Source: Candidatus Eiseniibacteriota bacterium
Lineage (GTDB): Bacteria; Eisenbacteria; RBG-16-71-46; JABDJR01
Assembly (NCBI GenBank): GCA_963762255.1
Contig: CAVXKA010000001.1
Location: 192,001 to 256,000 of the forward strand
DNA: 64,000 nucleotides
Reading direction: 5' to 3'
The notes under the pieces are model-generated. The model did no database searches. It was not told the DNA's origin and saw nothing but the letters and a program-made list of their open reading frames with translations. Position numbers and translations under genes: made by a program. Below are positions 50,315-63,146 of the stretch, in pieces. Each line of letters starts with the position of its first letter. Within the stretch, counting starts at the first letter, position 1.

Positions 50315-52170
50315 CGGCCGCCTCCAGCTCGGGCTCCGGCCGCGCTCGCCTCGAGGAGGTCCGCCACGCGGACGACCATCACATCGGTGGTGTTGTCGCC
50401 GTACTGGAAGGCATGAATACCACCCGGGTAGATGACGTCGGCGAACGGCCGTCCCCTGTCGGTAAGGTCGATGAAGTACCCCTTGCCGTCCGGTTCATCG
50501 ACCGACTCTCCGATCGTGAATTGCTCCGAACCGTCGGCGGCCAGCGCCGCCACCGTGGACTGCTCGCCCCCCATCTTCCAGGCAACCACGTACTTGCCGT
50601 CCTTGGACCAGCCGAGAGGGTAGGTGCCCTTGTCGGAATGAAAGATCGCATGGCCCGGCTCCTGCCGCCCTACCTTGTTGACCTTTACGTCGTAGGTCCC
50701 GTCGGACCGCACCGTCATGTAGGCGATCCGCCCACCTTCGGGAGAGAAGTACGAAAGCTGGTTCACGCCCTCCTCGAACGAAACCTTTGTCGGGACACCT
50801 CCACCGGACGGAATCGTCCACACCTGGGTCTCCCCCCCCGCCGCACGCGTGTAGCCGATGGTGCGACCGTCCGGAGACCAGAGCGGGATGACATCCGTGC
50901 CGGGGGTGACCGTGACGCGGGTGGGGGCGCCCCCTTCCCTGGGGACGCGATAGATGTCGATGTTCCCGCTTCCATCGTCTGCGGCGAAGGCCAGCTCTTT
51001 GGCGTCCGGGGACCACGACACGCCGCCGGAGGCATTGTAGGCCAGGCCCTTCAGATCGAGTTCGCGGATGTCTCCCCCCTCGGCCGGCGCCCAGGCCAGG
51101 ACGGCAACGCTCCTTGCGGGGCCTGATTTCTCGCGGGTGAAGGCCACCCACTTCCCGTCCTGGGAAACCATGGGCTCGTAGTCGGTGGTCTCCCCGGAGG
51201 TGAGCTGACGTTTCTCGCGGGTCTCGGGGTCGGCCACGAAAATGTGAGAACGCCTCACGCCGCGCAGAAACGCGATCGATCGCCCGTCGGGGGACCAGTC
51301 GGGGCGACTGTCGTCCTCGGGGCCGCTCGTGATCTCCACCGAGCGACCGCCGGTCATGTCGAGCACCCAGAGGTCCATGCTCCCGTTCTGGTCGGTGGCG
51401 TAGGCAAGGTAGCGGCCGTCCCGGGACCAGGCCGGCATGTCGTTCTTCGCCTTGGGCAGCGGGAGCGGCTTGAACCCGCCGCCACCGGGTGACCAGATGA
51501 AGAATTCGTTGGTCGGGGCGCCGAAGACGGTGCGGCTCACCACCGTCACGTCGCCGGGCCCGGGGCCGAAGCAACCGCCGGTCTCCCAGGCTGGAGTTTC
51601 GGCGATGACCTTGGGTTGTCCCTCGGCGCCGGTTGGCAGCAGCGCCAAGTCGTAGTTGTCTCTATTGAAGACCGAGTAGAGCAACTTGCTGCCATCGGGT
51701 GAAACCGACAGGAATCGCGCCGCACGGGGGCGCGGAAAGGACTCGACAGTCTCGCCCTTCAGGTTCATCAGGCTGATGCGGGATTCGGCTTTGTCGGAAA
51801 GCACGTAGAGCCCCTGCCCATCCTGCGCCCAGGACATCGCCACGATGGCAGTCGAATCGGAGCGGATCGCGCGCGGGGCGCCTCCCTCGGTGGGCATCAG
51901 GCGAATGAAGAATCGTGGGGGATCGGCCTGCTCGCGCACGGTGTAGGCGACGGAAGCGCCGTCGGGGGAGAAGATCGGACGAAGGCAAACAGATCCGCCC
52001 TCCGTCAGGCGGGTCTCCCGGCTTTCGGCTTGCACTGCACTTCGCTTAGCGCAGCCGGCCAGGGGGATCAGGAGAACCAGGAGACCCGTCATCGGGAGAG
52101 CGACACTCCGATGGAGGTAGCGCCTCAACGGATTGTGAAGACCTGCGTTTACCGGACCCATGGTGATCAT
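50311..52170 (-). CDS. TolB-like (PD40/WD40) double beta-propeller lipoprotein
   Basis: Lipobox PLAGC and many P-x-(W/F)SPDG repeats; start uncertain. Confidence 0.85.
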   Translation of the reverse strand: MITMGPVNAGLHNPLRRYLHRSVALPMTGLLVLLIPLAGCAKRSAVQAESRETRLTEGGSVCLRPIFSPDGASVAYTVREQADPPRFFIRLMPTEGGAPRAIRSDSTAIVAMSWAQDGQGLYVLSDKAESRISLMNLKGETVESFPRPRAARFLSVSPDGSKLLYSVFNRDNYDLALLPTGAEGQPKVIAETPAWETGGCFGPGPGDVTVVSRTVFGAPTNEFFIWSPGGGGFKPLPLPKAKNDMPAWSRDGRYLAYATDQNGSMDLWVLDMTGGRSVEITSGPEDDSRPDWSPDGRSIAFLRGVRRSHIFVADPETREKRQLTSGETTDYEPMVSQDGKWVAFTREKSGPARSVAVLAWAPAEGGDIRELDLKGLAYNASGGVSWSPDAKELAFAADDGSGNIDIYRVPREGGAPTRVTVTPGTDVIPLWSPDGRTIGYTRAAGGETQVWTIPSGGGVPTKVSFEEGVNQLSYFSPEGGRIAYMTVRSDGTYDVKVNKVGRQEPGHAIFHSDKGTYPLGWSKDGKYVVAWKMGGEQSTVAALAADGSEQFTIGESVDEPDGKGYFIDLTDRGRPFADVIYPGGIHAFQYGDNTTDVMVVRVADLLEASAAGARAGGGR

Positions 52171-52368
52171 GCTCCCTGGGGCACCGGCTGGCGGGGGGAC
52201 CGGTTCCGCTAGCTCGACCTCCCTGGCCTCGGAGGATACCCCTCAGTCCATTTTCCTTTTATCACACCGAGGCCAGGAGAGGTCTATGGGATGCCATTGG
52301 GTGTTCCTCAGATCTGCTCTAGCATCCCGACTGCGGTGCGTTGCCGCCCCGCCGTCGAGCAGTACTAG

Positions 52369-52385
52369 AGCAACCCCTGTGCCGA
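52369..52385 (-). promoter_or_regulatory. Sigma54 (-24/-12) promoter
   Basis: Minus strand TCGGCACAGGGGTTGCT: GG-N10-GC matching TGGCAC-N5-TTGCW, directly downstream of a sigma54 activator gene. Confidence 0.8.
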
Positions 52386-52391
52386 ACCCGG

Positions 52392-52426
52392 AATATACAT
52401 TTAACTGATTGAACATCAATTGTTTA
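52392..52426. promoter_or_regulatory. AT-rich tract with IHF-like site
   Basis: CATCAATTGTTTA (52414-52426) is close to WATCAANNNNTTR and lies just upstream of the -24 element. Confidence 0.55.
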
Positions 52427-52566
52427 GGCCACTCTGCGTCGGGGCGGCTCGGCCTGCAGGACCCCACGGCACGTCACACATGGTGACGCGGTCCGGCATC
52501 AAAGCCCTCAACTTATTGACTGGAAAAGAATTATAACCGCAGGACCCGACCCGCTCTCTGTCATTC

Positions 52567-54195
52567 ATGATGACTGGTGTCATCCCAGCTTTGGGACCGC
52601 TCCAACCCATGCTTGCGCAGCTTGTTGTGGAGGTTTGTCCGGGATATCCCGAGCAGGTCTGCGGCCTTCGCTACAACGCCGCCGCTCCTGCGCAGAGATT
52701 CGAGAATGATGTCGCGCTCGTACTCGACCATCGCCTCGGGAAGCGCCCGATCCGGGAGGGCGATTACGGACGACGATTGAGGCGTCCTCGACGCGGATTC
52801 GACGAGCGGATCCACATCCACCAGATCCCCTTCGCGTCGCATGAGCAGGCTTCGCTCCACCACGTTGCGCAACTCGCGCACGTTTCCCGGCCAGCCGTAG
52901 GCGAGAAGCACCTCTTCGCCGACCGGCGTGAATCCGCGCACTCGCCTGTTGGTTTCGTGCGCGATCTCCTCGAGGAATCGGCGCGCCAGAGGGAGGATGT
53001 CTTCGGGACGATCGCGCAGCGGAGGCACGGTGAGGTTGATCACGTTCAGTCGGTAATACAGGTCCTCGCGAAAGCGCCCCCCGCGCACACCCGCCGAGAG
53101 ATCCGCATTCGTGGCAGCAATCATCCGCACATTGACCGGACGGTCCCGATTCTCCCCGACCCGCCGTACTCTGCGCTGCTCCAAGACTCTTAGCAGTTTC
53201 ACCTGCAGCTCGAGCGGTAACTCGGCGATCTCATCCAGGAAGATCGTTCCGCCGTCCGCTTCTTCGAACAACCCCGCCCGTTCACGTTCGGCGCCGGTGA
53301 AGGCCCCGCGCGCGTGTCCGAAGAGTTCGCTCTCGATGAGCCCCGGCGCCACCGCGCCGCAGTTGATCTCGACGAACGGACCCCGCCCGCGAGCGCTCAG
53401 ACGATGGAGGATGCGCGCCACGAGGCTCTTGCCCGTGCCGCTCTCGCCCAGAAGGAGCACGGTGGCCTCGGTTGGGGCCGCCGCTTCGACCTGCTGCGTC
53501 AATCGCTTCATGGCCGGGCTCGGCATCCGGATCCAGGAGAGATCGGGTTGCGAGCGCGCCGAGGATTCCAGCTCCTGCACCCGACGCCCGAGGTTCTTGG
53601 CCTCGGCCCGGAGCCGCAGCAGGAGATCCGCGTTGCGCATGAAAAGACCGGCATGGATGGCAAGGGTGGAGAGGAGCTTCAAATCCCCCGCCGCGAATCG
53701 CTCCTCCGGCCCGAACTTCCCGAGGCAGATCACCCCGAGAAATTCCTTCCCGCCGCCGAGCGGTGCGGCGATGAAAGCCTGCGGGAACTCGCTGCTTGCC
53801 GAACGCGCGGTGAGCCGCCCCTTGCGGTCGGAGGGCTCGAGCCGGCGCACCAGCGCCTGCGGCAGGTCATCGACCAGGTAGGGAAGCGCGCCCTCCTCCG
53901 CGAGAGCTTCGATGAGCGAGGTGGTGAGGAACTCGGGGACCGCGGGCTTCAAGCCCTCGACCGCGGTCGATTCGAGCCGGCCGGTGGGGCCTCGGCGGGC
54001 CACCCAACCACCCTGCGCCCGAAAGATGGTCAACGTCTCTCGCAGAAGGTAGCCGTCGAGATCGGTAACCGCGTCGGGCTTGGCCAGAACCTCGGCAAGG
54101 CTGTGAACGAAATCGAGCTCCTCGAACGCGCCGAGGAGCTTCTCGGTGACGTTCTGGAGCCGCCGTTCGAGATCGTGAGCTTCGCGGGGACTCAT
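52567..54195 (-). CDS. GAF-domain sigma54 enhancer-binding protein (NifA/FhlA-like architecture)
   Basis: [46 protein letters not shown] and Fis-type HTH; start at ATG 54195. Confidence 0.95.
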
Positions 54196-54251
54196 GTCAT
54201 GGATTATGACATACGAATCATGATCCGTGACGAGGGGCAACCGAGGGCGAC

Positions 54252-54944
54252 TCAGGGGCGCCGAGCGGCTTCTCCGACCCGCCGAAGGGTGCCCACCATG
54301 GCCTCGGGATCCTCCGACCTGAAGATCGCGCTCCCTGCCACCAGGACCTCGCACCCCGCCTCAATCGCGCCCGGCGCAGTCCGGACGTCGATCCCGCCGT
54401 CGATGTGGATGGAGTACCCGTAGCCGCGCGTGCGCTTGAGCTCGGCCGCCCGCGCCGCCTTGGGGAGAACCTCGGGGAGGAACGCCTGCCCGCCGAAGCC
54501 CGGCTTGACGCTCATGATGAGCACGACGTCGGCCTCTTCCAGCACGGGTTCCACGCGCTCGAACGGGGTCGCAGGATCGAGGGTGATGCCGGCGAGAACC
54601 CCGAGCGCGCGGATGCGGCGCAGAACCGCCACCGGGTCCGGACAGACCTCGATGTGCACGATGACCGCGTCGGATCCGGCCTCGACGAATTCGTCGATGC
54701 ACGTCTCCGGGTTCGTGATCATGAGGTGCGTGCTGAGGTGAAGATCGGTCAGCCGGTTGATGGCTCCAACGATCATGGGGCCGAAGGTGAGGTTGGGAAC
54801 GTAGTGGCCGTCCATCACATCGAGATGGAGGAGATCGGCTCCGCCGCGCTCCACCCGGTGCAGTTCCTCGGCCAGGTGCGAGAAGTCGGCGGCAAGCACC
54901 GAGGGTGCGATGCGGATGAGTCGCCGGTCGCTCGACGGGTTCAC
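54252..54944 (-). CDS. rpe: Ribulose-phosphate 3-epimerase
   Basis: [36 protein letters not shown] and IDGG. Confidence 0.96.
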   Translation of the reverse strand: MNPSSDRRLIRIAPSVLAADFSHLAEELHRVERGGADLLHLDVMDGHYVPNLTFGPMIVGAINRLTDLHLSTHLMITNPETCIDEFVEAGSDAVIVHIEVCPDPVAVLRRIRALGVLAGITLDPATPFERVEPVLEEADVVLIMSVKPGFGGQAFLPEVLPKAARAAELKRTRGYGYSIHIDGGIDVRTAPGAIEAGCEVLVAGSAIFRSEDPEAMVGTLRRVGEAARRP

Positions 54945-54948
54945 GCCG

Positions 54949-55731
54949 CTAGCCTCCCATGAGATGAATGGTGGCGGAACTGCGTACCTGCTCTCCGGGC
55001 TCGGGGGCGGTGGCGACCACACGCCGCGATCGGAAGCTGTACGGATCGTCGTCGTCGATCACGACCTGGAAGCCGGCGTAGCGAAGCTTTTCGGCGGTCA
55101 GCCGCATGTCTTGGCCAAGCAGGTCGGGCATGATCCAGGTGCGCCCCTCGGGTCCGTCGCTCACCAGAAGGTGGATGCGCTGAGCGGGCTCGACCACCGT
55201 TCCGGCGGGCGGGTCGCTCGCGATCACGAAGTCGCGCGTCACGTCGCGGGAGGGCACGCGGACCACGTCCCCGACCTGGTATCCCTCGTCGAGGAGATTC
55301 ATTCGCACGAATCGAAGGCTCTGTCCGGCGAGCCCCGGCACCTTCAACTCCTCGCGGCCGCTGCTCAACACGAGCCTCACCCCGCGCTCGGGTTTGATGC
55401 TCGATCCGGCGGCCGGCTTCTGATCGATCACGACGCCGCGCGGCACATCGAAGGTCACGCGCGTCACCGTATCCCGCACGGCCAGCGCCATGGACTCTAG
55501 GATTCGCTCCGCCTCCGCCCGCGGCTTTCCGCGCACGTCCGGCATCGCGACCTCGGCGTTGTGCCGCACGAACTGCGGCATCACGCTCAAGTTGAACACG
55601 ACGAGGGCGGCCGCCAACCCCAGCGACGCGGGGAGGACCCAGCGAAGCAGAAAGGCGCGGAGTCGGCGTCCCCGGGCTCCGCTGGTGAACGACCGCACGC
55701 GCATCCAGACCGAGGATCGCCCGCTGCTCAC
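54949..55731 (-). CDS. Membrane-anchored protein with three PASTA domains
   Basis: TM followed by MPDVRG, VPGLAG and MPDLLG repeats. Confidence 0.88.
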   Translation of the reverse strand: MSSGRSSVWMRVRSFTSGARGRRLRAFLLRWVLPASLGLAAALVVFNLSVMPQFVRHNAEVAMPDVRGKPRAEAERILESMALAVRDTVTRVTFDVPRGVVIDQKPAAGSSIKPERGVRLVLSSGREELKVPGLAGQSLRFVRMNLLDEGYQVGDVVRVPSRDVTRDFVIASDPPAGTVVEPAQRIHLLVSDGPEGRTWIMPDLLGQDMRLTAEKLRYAGFQVVIDDDDPYSFRSRRVVATAPEPGEQVRSSATIHLMGG

Positions 55732-57113
55732 GACTTCCGCCGGAGTCTCGCGGCGAACGCGCCGTCCGTGTTGTGTCGATGCGGGTAGAGGAGAAGGCAA
55801 CCCTCGGTCACCACCTCGTGCGGAAGGAACGCCTCGGCGTCCTCGAGTTCGAAATACGGGTGCGTGGCGAGGAACCCGTCGATCTGCCGTCGCCCCTCTT
55901 CAGGTTCCGTGCTGCACACGCTGTAGACCAGCACGCCGCCGGGACGCAGACAGCTCGCACCGGCCTCGAGGAGCCCCTGCTGCAGAGGCAGCAACGCGCG
56001 AAGCGAGGCCTCGGTCTTGCGCCAGCGCGCGTCGGAACGCCGCCCGAGAACGCCGAGTCCGCTGCATGGAGCGTCGACAAGCACCCGATCCGCCGGTCGG
56101 GCCAGCGTGAGGGTGCGGCCGTCTGCACACACCGCGGCGACGCCGGTCACGCCCATGCGTGCCACGTTCTCGCGCACGCGGGCCAGCCGGCTCTTCTGGA
56201 CATCGACGGCGATCAGCAATCCTTGCGATCCCCGCCCTTCTTGAATTTGAGTGGCCTTGCCGCCGGGCGCGGCGCAGAGATCGAGCACGGTCTCGCCTGG
56301 TTCGGCGGCCAGAAGCTCGCAGACCAGGGTCTCGCTCTCATCCTGCACGAAGAAGTGGCCCTCATCGAACTCGGGAAGCCCCGGGAGAGCGATGTTGCCG
56401 GTCACTCGCAGGGTCAGGCGACTGTACGGGGCGGCCTCGACCTCGATGCCGCGGGCGCCGAGCGCGCGCCGCAGCGTCTCGCGGTCCGTCTTGAGCGGGT
56501 TCACGCGAAGCCCGACCGTAGCCGAACGATTGTCGGCCAGGAGCAGCGCGCGGGTCTCGTCGTCACCCAGCCGTCGCCGCCAACGGGCAACCAGCCAGGC
56601 CGGGTGCGAGTAGGCCACTGCCATCGCCTCGTCGGGATCGGTGAGGATCTGCTCGGGATCGGGCGCTCCCGCCCCCTCGCGCAGGATCTTGCGGAGCACC
56701 GCGTTCACGAGCCCGGCGGCGCCGGGGTTCGCATACTTCTTCGCCAGCGTCACGCACTCGTCGACGGCGGCGTGAGGAGGAATGCGATCCAGGAAGAGGA
56801 TCTGGTAGAGCCCGAGTCGCAGCAGGTTCAAGATCCACGGCGTCAGCGTGTCGAGGCCGGCACGCACGTAGCGGCCGAGAACCCAGTCGAGACGTCCGCG
56901 CCAGCGGAGCGTGCCGTTCACGAGTTCGGTGGCCAGCGCGGCGTCGCGAGGATCGAGCGACCCGCTGCGCAGATCGCGGCTCAGAAGGAGATCGGCGAAG
57001 GCCTTGCGCGTGTCCACGTGGTAAAGCACGTTGAGGGCGATCTCGCGGGCGGACTTCGGCTGCGGCGGGCGTCCGCGCCGCCCGCGCGCGCCGGGCCGGA
57101 CTTCGAGGTTCAT
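55728..57113 (-). CDS. rsmB: 16S rRNA m5C967 methyltransferase
   Basis: NusB-like N-terminus, DLCAAPGGK, DAPCSG and YSVCS. Confidence 0.95.
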   Translation of the reverse strand: MNLEVRPGARGRRGRPPQPKSAREIALNVLYHVDTRKAFADLLLSRDLRSGSLDPRDAALATELVNGTLRWRGRLDWVLGRYVRAGLDTLTPWILNLLRLGLYQILFLDRIPPHAAVDECVTLAKKYANPGAAGLVNAVLRKILREGAGAPDPEQILTDPDEAMAVAYSHPAWLVARWRRRLGDDETRALLLADNRSATVGLRVNPLKTDRETLRRALGARGIEVEAAPYSRLTLRVTGNIALPGLPEFDEGHFFVQDESETLVCELLAAEPGETVLDLCAAPGGKATQIQEGRGSQGLLIAVDVQKSRLARVRENVARMGVTGVAAVCADGRTLTLARPADRVLVDAPCSGLGVLGRRSDARWRKTEASLRALLPLQQGLLEAGASCLRPGGVLVYSVCSTEPEEGRRQIDGFLATHPYFELEDAEAFLPHEVVTEGCLLLYPHRHNTDGAFAARLRRKS

Positions 57114-58084
57114 CGCGCCACCGCCATGCGAGGACTGAGATCGGGAACGATCGGAGGGGGCGAGAGGCGATCTCCGGCCTTCAGGCCGCGCCCGCGCGCG
57201 AAGGCGGCACCTTCCATGTCGTTCCGTCCCGGGGGACGGACGCTGAGAAGATCCACGGCATCCTCGGCGGCGGCCACGCGCAGATGACGATGCGCCACCT
57301 CGAGGATCGTGTACGGCGTTCCTCTCCCCCCCGCCACCGGCCGCACCGCGCTCACCAGGATCGCATCCCCCCCCAGGAAGACGCGTGCCCCGGGAGAAGG
57401 GGTGGTGCCGCGGAACTGGTCCACGACCTCCTCGGCGGTGCGGGTAAAGTCGAGATATCCATGCTCACGGTCGAGTCGGGGAGCGTAGCTGGCCCCCTCG
57501 TCGGACTGAGGCGTGGGGGCAAGAAGGCCGCTCTCGAGCCCGCGGAGCGTATCGACAAGCAGGCTCCCCCCGGCCTCGGCAAGCCGCGCCAGAAGCTCGC
57601 CGGCGGTCTCCGTCGGCCGCACCTCGAGAACGTGGCGCTCGAGAATGGGCCCGGTGTCGATGCCCGCATCCATCAACATGGTGGTCACACCCGTGGTGCG
57701 CCGCCCATGGATGAGGCTCCACTGCGCGGGCGCCACACCTCGATAGGCGGGCAGAAGCGATGCGTGCACGTTGACCGCCCCCAACGAAGCGAGCTCCAGC
57801 AGAGGCTGCTTGAGGATCGCGCCGAACGCGGCCACCACGAGCACGTGCGGATCGAGCGCCCTCAACTCGGCAACCGTTTCCGCTGCGTTGACCCGCTCCG
57901 GCTGCAGCACGCGCAGACCGAGCCGCTCGGCGGTCACCTTGACCGGCGTAGGGACGATGCGTTGCCCGCGCCCGCTCGGCTTGTCCTGCCTCGTCACCAC
58001 CGCCGACACGCGATGGCCCGCGGCGTGGAGGGCCTCCAGGCTCGAGCAGGCGAACTCGGGCGTGCCCATGAAAATGATGTTCAT
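57110..58084 (-). CDS. fmt: Methionyl-tRNA formyltransferase
   Basis: FMGTPEFA, NVHASLLP and DTGPI. Confidence 0.96.
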   Translation of the reverse strand: MNIIFMGTPEFACSSLEALHAAGHRVSAVVTRQDKPSGRGQRIVPTPVKVTAERLGLRVLQPERVNAAETVAELRALDPHVLVVAAFGAILKQPLLELASLGAVNVHASLLPAYRGVAPAQWSLIHGRRTTGVTTMLMDAGIDTGPILERHVLEVRPTETAGELLARLAEAGGSLLVDTLRGLESGLLAPTPQSDEGASYAPRLDREHGYLDFTRTAEEVVDQFRGTTPSPGARVFLGGDAILVSAVRPVAGGRGTPYTILEVAHRHLRVAAAEDAVDLLSVRPPGRNDMEGAAFARGRGLKAGDRLSPPPIVPDLSPRMAVAR

Positions 58085-58136
58085 CGGTCGGACGCTCCAG
58101 CGCGACGACCCGCGGCCGCCATGGCCGCAGGCGCGC

Positions 58137-58667
58137 TCACTTCTTCTCCGCTTCCTGCTCTTCGGCGATCTTCTTGAGTTTCTTGGCGAGGAGCCGCCGC
58201 CGCACCGTGCTCAGGCGGTCGACGTAGAGCACTCCGTTCAGGTGATCGACCTCGTGCTGCACCGCACGGGCGAGGAAGTCGGTGCATTCGAATTCGAAGG
58301 GACGGCCCTTGAGATCGACCGCGCGCACGCGCAGCCACTGGTGGCGGACGACGTCCTCGCGCAGTCCGGGGATCGAGAGGCAGCCCTCCGGCCCCTTCTG
58401 CTCCCCGCGATACTCGAGGATCTCGGGGTTCACCAGCACGCCCACGTAGCTTCCACCGTCGTCGAAGGGAACGTCCATGACGGTCATGCGCAGGCTGACC
58501 CCCGCTTGCGGCGCGGCAAGCCCCACCCCTTCCTCCTCGTACATGATCTCGAACATGCGCTTGCTCAACGCTTCGAGTTCGGAGTCGAAGGTGGTGACCT
58601 CTTTCGCGCGGCGGCGCAGCACCGGGTTGCCGTAGATGGTGAGCGCAAGCTCCTCGAGGTTCATCAA
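58137..58667 (-). CDS. def: Peptide deformylase
   Basis: GVGLAAPQ, EGCLS and QHEVDHLNG. Confidence 0.97.
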   Translation of the reverse strand: MMNLEELALTIYGNPVLRRRAKEVTTFDSELEALSKRMFEIMYEEEGVGLAAPQAGVSLRMTVMDVPFDDGGSYVGVLVNPEILEYRGEQKGPEGCLSIPGLREDVVRHQWLRVRAVDLKGRPFEFECTDFLARAVQHEVDHLNGVLYVDRLSTVRRRLLAKKLKKIAEEQEAEKK

Positions 58668-58999
58668 GCCTCCCGGCTTTTCTCCACCACCGCGGTGATG
58701 GCGCTCTTGGCCACCTCCACGCGCACCTGGTCCGCGATCTTGAGCACCACGACGTTGTCCTTCGAACTGGCCACGGTGCCGAAGAGCCCGCCGGAGGTGA
58801 CGACGCGGTCCCCCTGCTTGAGGGAGTCGAGCATCTTGACCGTTTCCTTCTGACGCTTGGCCTGGGGTCGGATGACCAGGAAGTAGAAGATCGCGAAGAT
58901 GAGCACGAACGGGAGCAGGGTGAAGAGGAGACTCCCACCGCCGCCGGCGGCGCCGCCGCCCTGTTGGGGCGGCGCACCCATCAATAAGACAGGGTTCAT
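58664..58999 (-). CDS. yajC: Preprotein translocase subunit YajC
   Basis: FYFLVIRPQAKRQK and GDRVVTSGGLFG. Confidence 0.95.
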   Translation of the reverse strand: MNPVLLMGAPPQQGGGAAGGGGSLLFTLLPFVLIFAIFYFLVIRPQAKRQKETVKMLDSLKQGDRVVTSGGLFGTVASSKDNVVVLKIADQVRVEVAKSAITAVVEKSREA

Positions 59000-59033
59000 A
59001 ACCGGATTGCCTTTACCTTTCGTCGAACCGGGT

Positions 59034-61246
<2,213 letters not shown>

Positions 61247-61268
61247 GATCTGGAATCCTGCCCGGCGC

Positions 61269-62306
61269 CTACGAGGGCTCGAACATGTTGCCCTGCTCGG
61301 TTGCCTCTCCGGACCGGGTGATGCCGAGATGCGTGTACGCCCGCGGCGCCGCCGCGCGGCCCCTCGGCGTGCGCTCGATGAATCCCTGCTGCAGGAGGAA
61401 CGGTTCGTAGACGTCCTCGAGCGTCTCCGGCTCCTCCCCCACCGCCATGGCCAGCGTGTTCAAGCCCACCGGACCGCCGCGGTACTTCACGATGAGTGCC
61501 TCGAGATAGCGGCGATCCATGGGATCGAGACCCAGGGTGTCCACTTCCAACAAATCGAGAGCGGCGCGCGCCACCTCACCGGTGATGACGCCGTCGGCCC
61601 GCACCTGCGCGTAGTCGCGAATGCGCCGTAGAAGCCGGTTCGCGATGCGCGGTGTACCACGGGAGCGGCGCGCGATCTCCGTGCGACCCGAGGCGTCGAT
61701 GCGCACGTTGAGGATGCCCGCGGTGCGGGCGACGATCGTCTCCAGCTCTTCCGGCAGGTAGTAATCGAGCCGGTGGATGAGACCGAAGCGCGACCGTAGG
61801 GGCGAGGTGAGGAGTCCCGCCCTCGTGGTTGCGCCGATCAAGGTGAAGGGCTGCAACGCGAGCCGCACCGAGCGCGCCCCGGGCCCACGGTCGATCATGA
61901 TGTCGAGCGAGTAGTCCTCCATCGCCGGGTAGAGGAACTCCTCGATGCTCGGGTGCAGGCGGTGAACCTCGTCGATGAAGAGGATGCCGCGCTCGCCCAG
62001 GTTGGTGAGGAGCCCGGCCAGATCGCCGGGCCGCTCCAGCACCGGACCCGAAGTGAACACGATGGGGACGTCGAGTTCCTGGGCCACGATCGCGGCAAGG
62101 GTGGTCTTGCCGAGGCCGGGCGGGCCGTAGAGCAGGAGATGATCCATGGCCTCGGCGCGCCCCCGCGCGGCTTCCAGCGCAATCCGCAGGTTCTCGCGCA
62201 GCGCGGTCTGGCCGACGAAATCCTCGAGCCTCCGCGGGCGCAGGGACGTATCGAGGGACGACTCCTCTTCGAGGAGAACGGGGTCGGTGATGCCGCGTGG
62301 GGTCAT
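61269..62306 (-). CDS. ruvB: Holliday junction branch migration helicase
   Basis: [27 protein letters not shown] and RTPRGR. Confidence 0.97.
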   Translation of the reverse strand: MTPRGITDPVLLEEESSLDTSLRPRRLEDFVGQTALRENLRIALEAARGRAEAMDHLLLYGPPGLGKTTLAAIVAQELDVPIVFTSGPVLERPGDLAGLLTNLGERGILFIDEVHRLHPSIEEFLYPAMEDYSLDIMIDRGPGARSVRLALQPFTLIGATTRAGLLTSPLRSRFGLIHRLDYYLPEELETIVARTAGILNVRIDASGRTEIARRSRGTPRIANRLLRRIRDYAQVRADGVITGEVARAALDLLEVDTLGLDPMDRRYLEALIVKYRGGPVGLNTLAMAVGEEPETLEDVYEPFLLQQGFIERTPRGRAAAPRAYTHLGITRSGEATEQGNMFEPS

Positions 62307-62387
62307 CGATGCCTCAAGGGGGAAACCGGGTGCGCGAACCCGACAACGCTATCACAGGGGGGAATCGGCCTCAACGTGCGGGCACGG

Positions 62388-63035
62388 CTAGAGGGCGAGC
62401 AACGCTCTCAAGTCGTCCACCGTCTCCGCCATCTCCAGCCCCTCGAACGCGTCCAACTCCTCCCGCTGGTGCGTCCCCCACAATACAGCCACCGGCGTCA
62501 CCCCCGCCGAGAGGGCGGCGCGCACGTCGAGCGGGCTGTCCCCGACATAGACCGCGTCCGCGGGCGGAATGGACAGGCGCTCGGCCACGGCGAAAAGACC
62601 GTCCGGAGCGGGTTTCGGGCGCAGTGCCTCCTCACCGGTCACCGTGGCGTCGAAGAGTTCCTCGATCGCGAGCCCGTACAGCATGGCGTCGGTGCTGGGG
62701 CGGCCTCGCCCGGTGAAGAGGCCGGTCTTCCGCCCCGCAGCGCGGAGGTCGCGGATCAGTTCGACGATCCCCGGGAACGGCGTGAGCCCCGCGAACTCCC
62801 GCGCATAGCAGGCGTAGAGGCGCTGCACCGCCTCGTCGGCGTGCTTCTCCCCGACCCACCCCGCGATGATGCGATGGTCCGCCTCGCCCATGCGGGCGAG
62901 CATTTCATTCTTGTCGGGGAAACGGCCGAGGACAGGCGCCACCGCCTCGGCGAAGCACTTGAACGTCGCGGGAAGCGAATCGACCACGGTGCCGTCGAGA
63001 TCGAAGATCACGAGGCGCGGTGAGGGACGGTCCAT
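62388..63035 (-). CDS. HAD-family phosphatase (PpaX/Gph-like)
   Basis: FDLDGT, KPAP and VGDSPLD. Confidence 0.9.
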   Translation of the reverse strand: MDRPSPRLVIFDLDGTVVDSLPATFKCFAEAVAPVLGRFPDKNEMLARMGEADHRIIAGWVGEKHADEAVQRLYACYAREFAGLTPFPGIVELIRDLRAAGRKTGLFTGRGRPSTDAMLYGLAIEELFDATVTGEEALRPKPAPDGLFAVAERLSIPPADAVYVGDSPLDVRAALSAGVTPVAVLWGTHQREELDAFEGLEMAETVDDLRALLAL

Positions 63036-63086
63036 TTCGATTGAGACTCCTCGTCGTCAAGAAACCGCAATGTCCGCGGGCGCGGA

Positions 63087-63117
63087 AACGCCCGGGGTTC
63101 CGACAACCCCGGGCGTT
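63087..63117 (-). terminator. Probable intrinsic terminator of the 63147 gene
   Basis: 13-bp perfect stem AACGCCCGGGGTT-CCGAC-AACCCCGGGCGTT. Confidence 0.6.
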
Positions 63118-63146
63118 CTGGCGATTTCCGCTGCCTCGGTGCCCGT

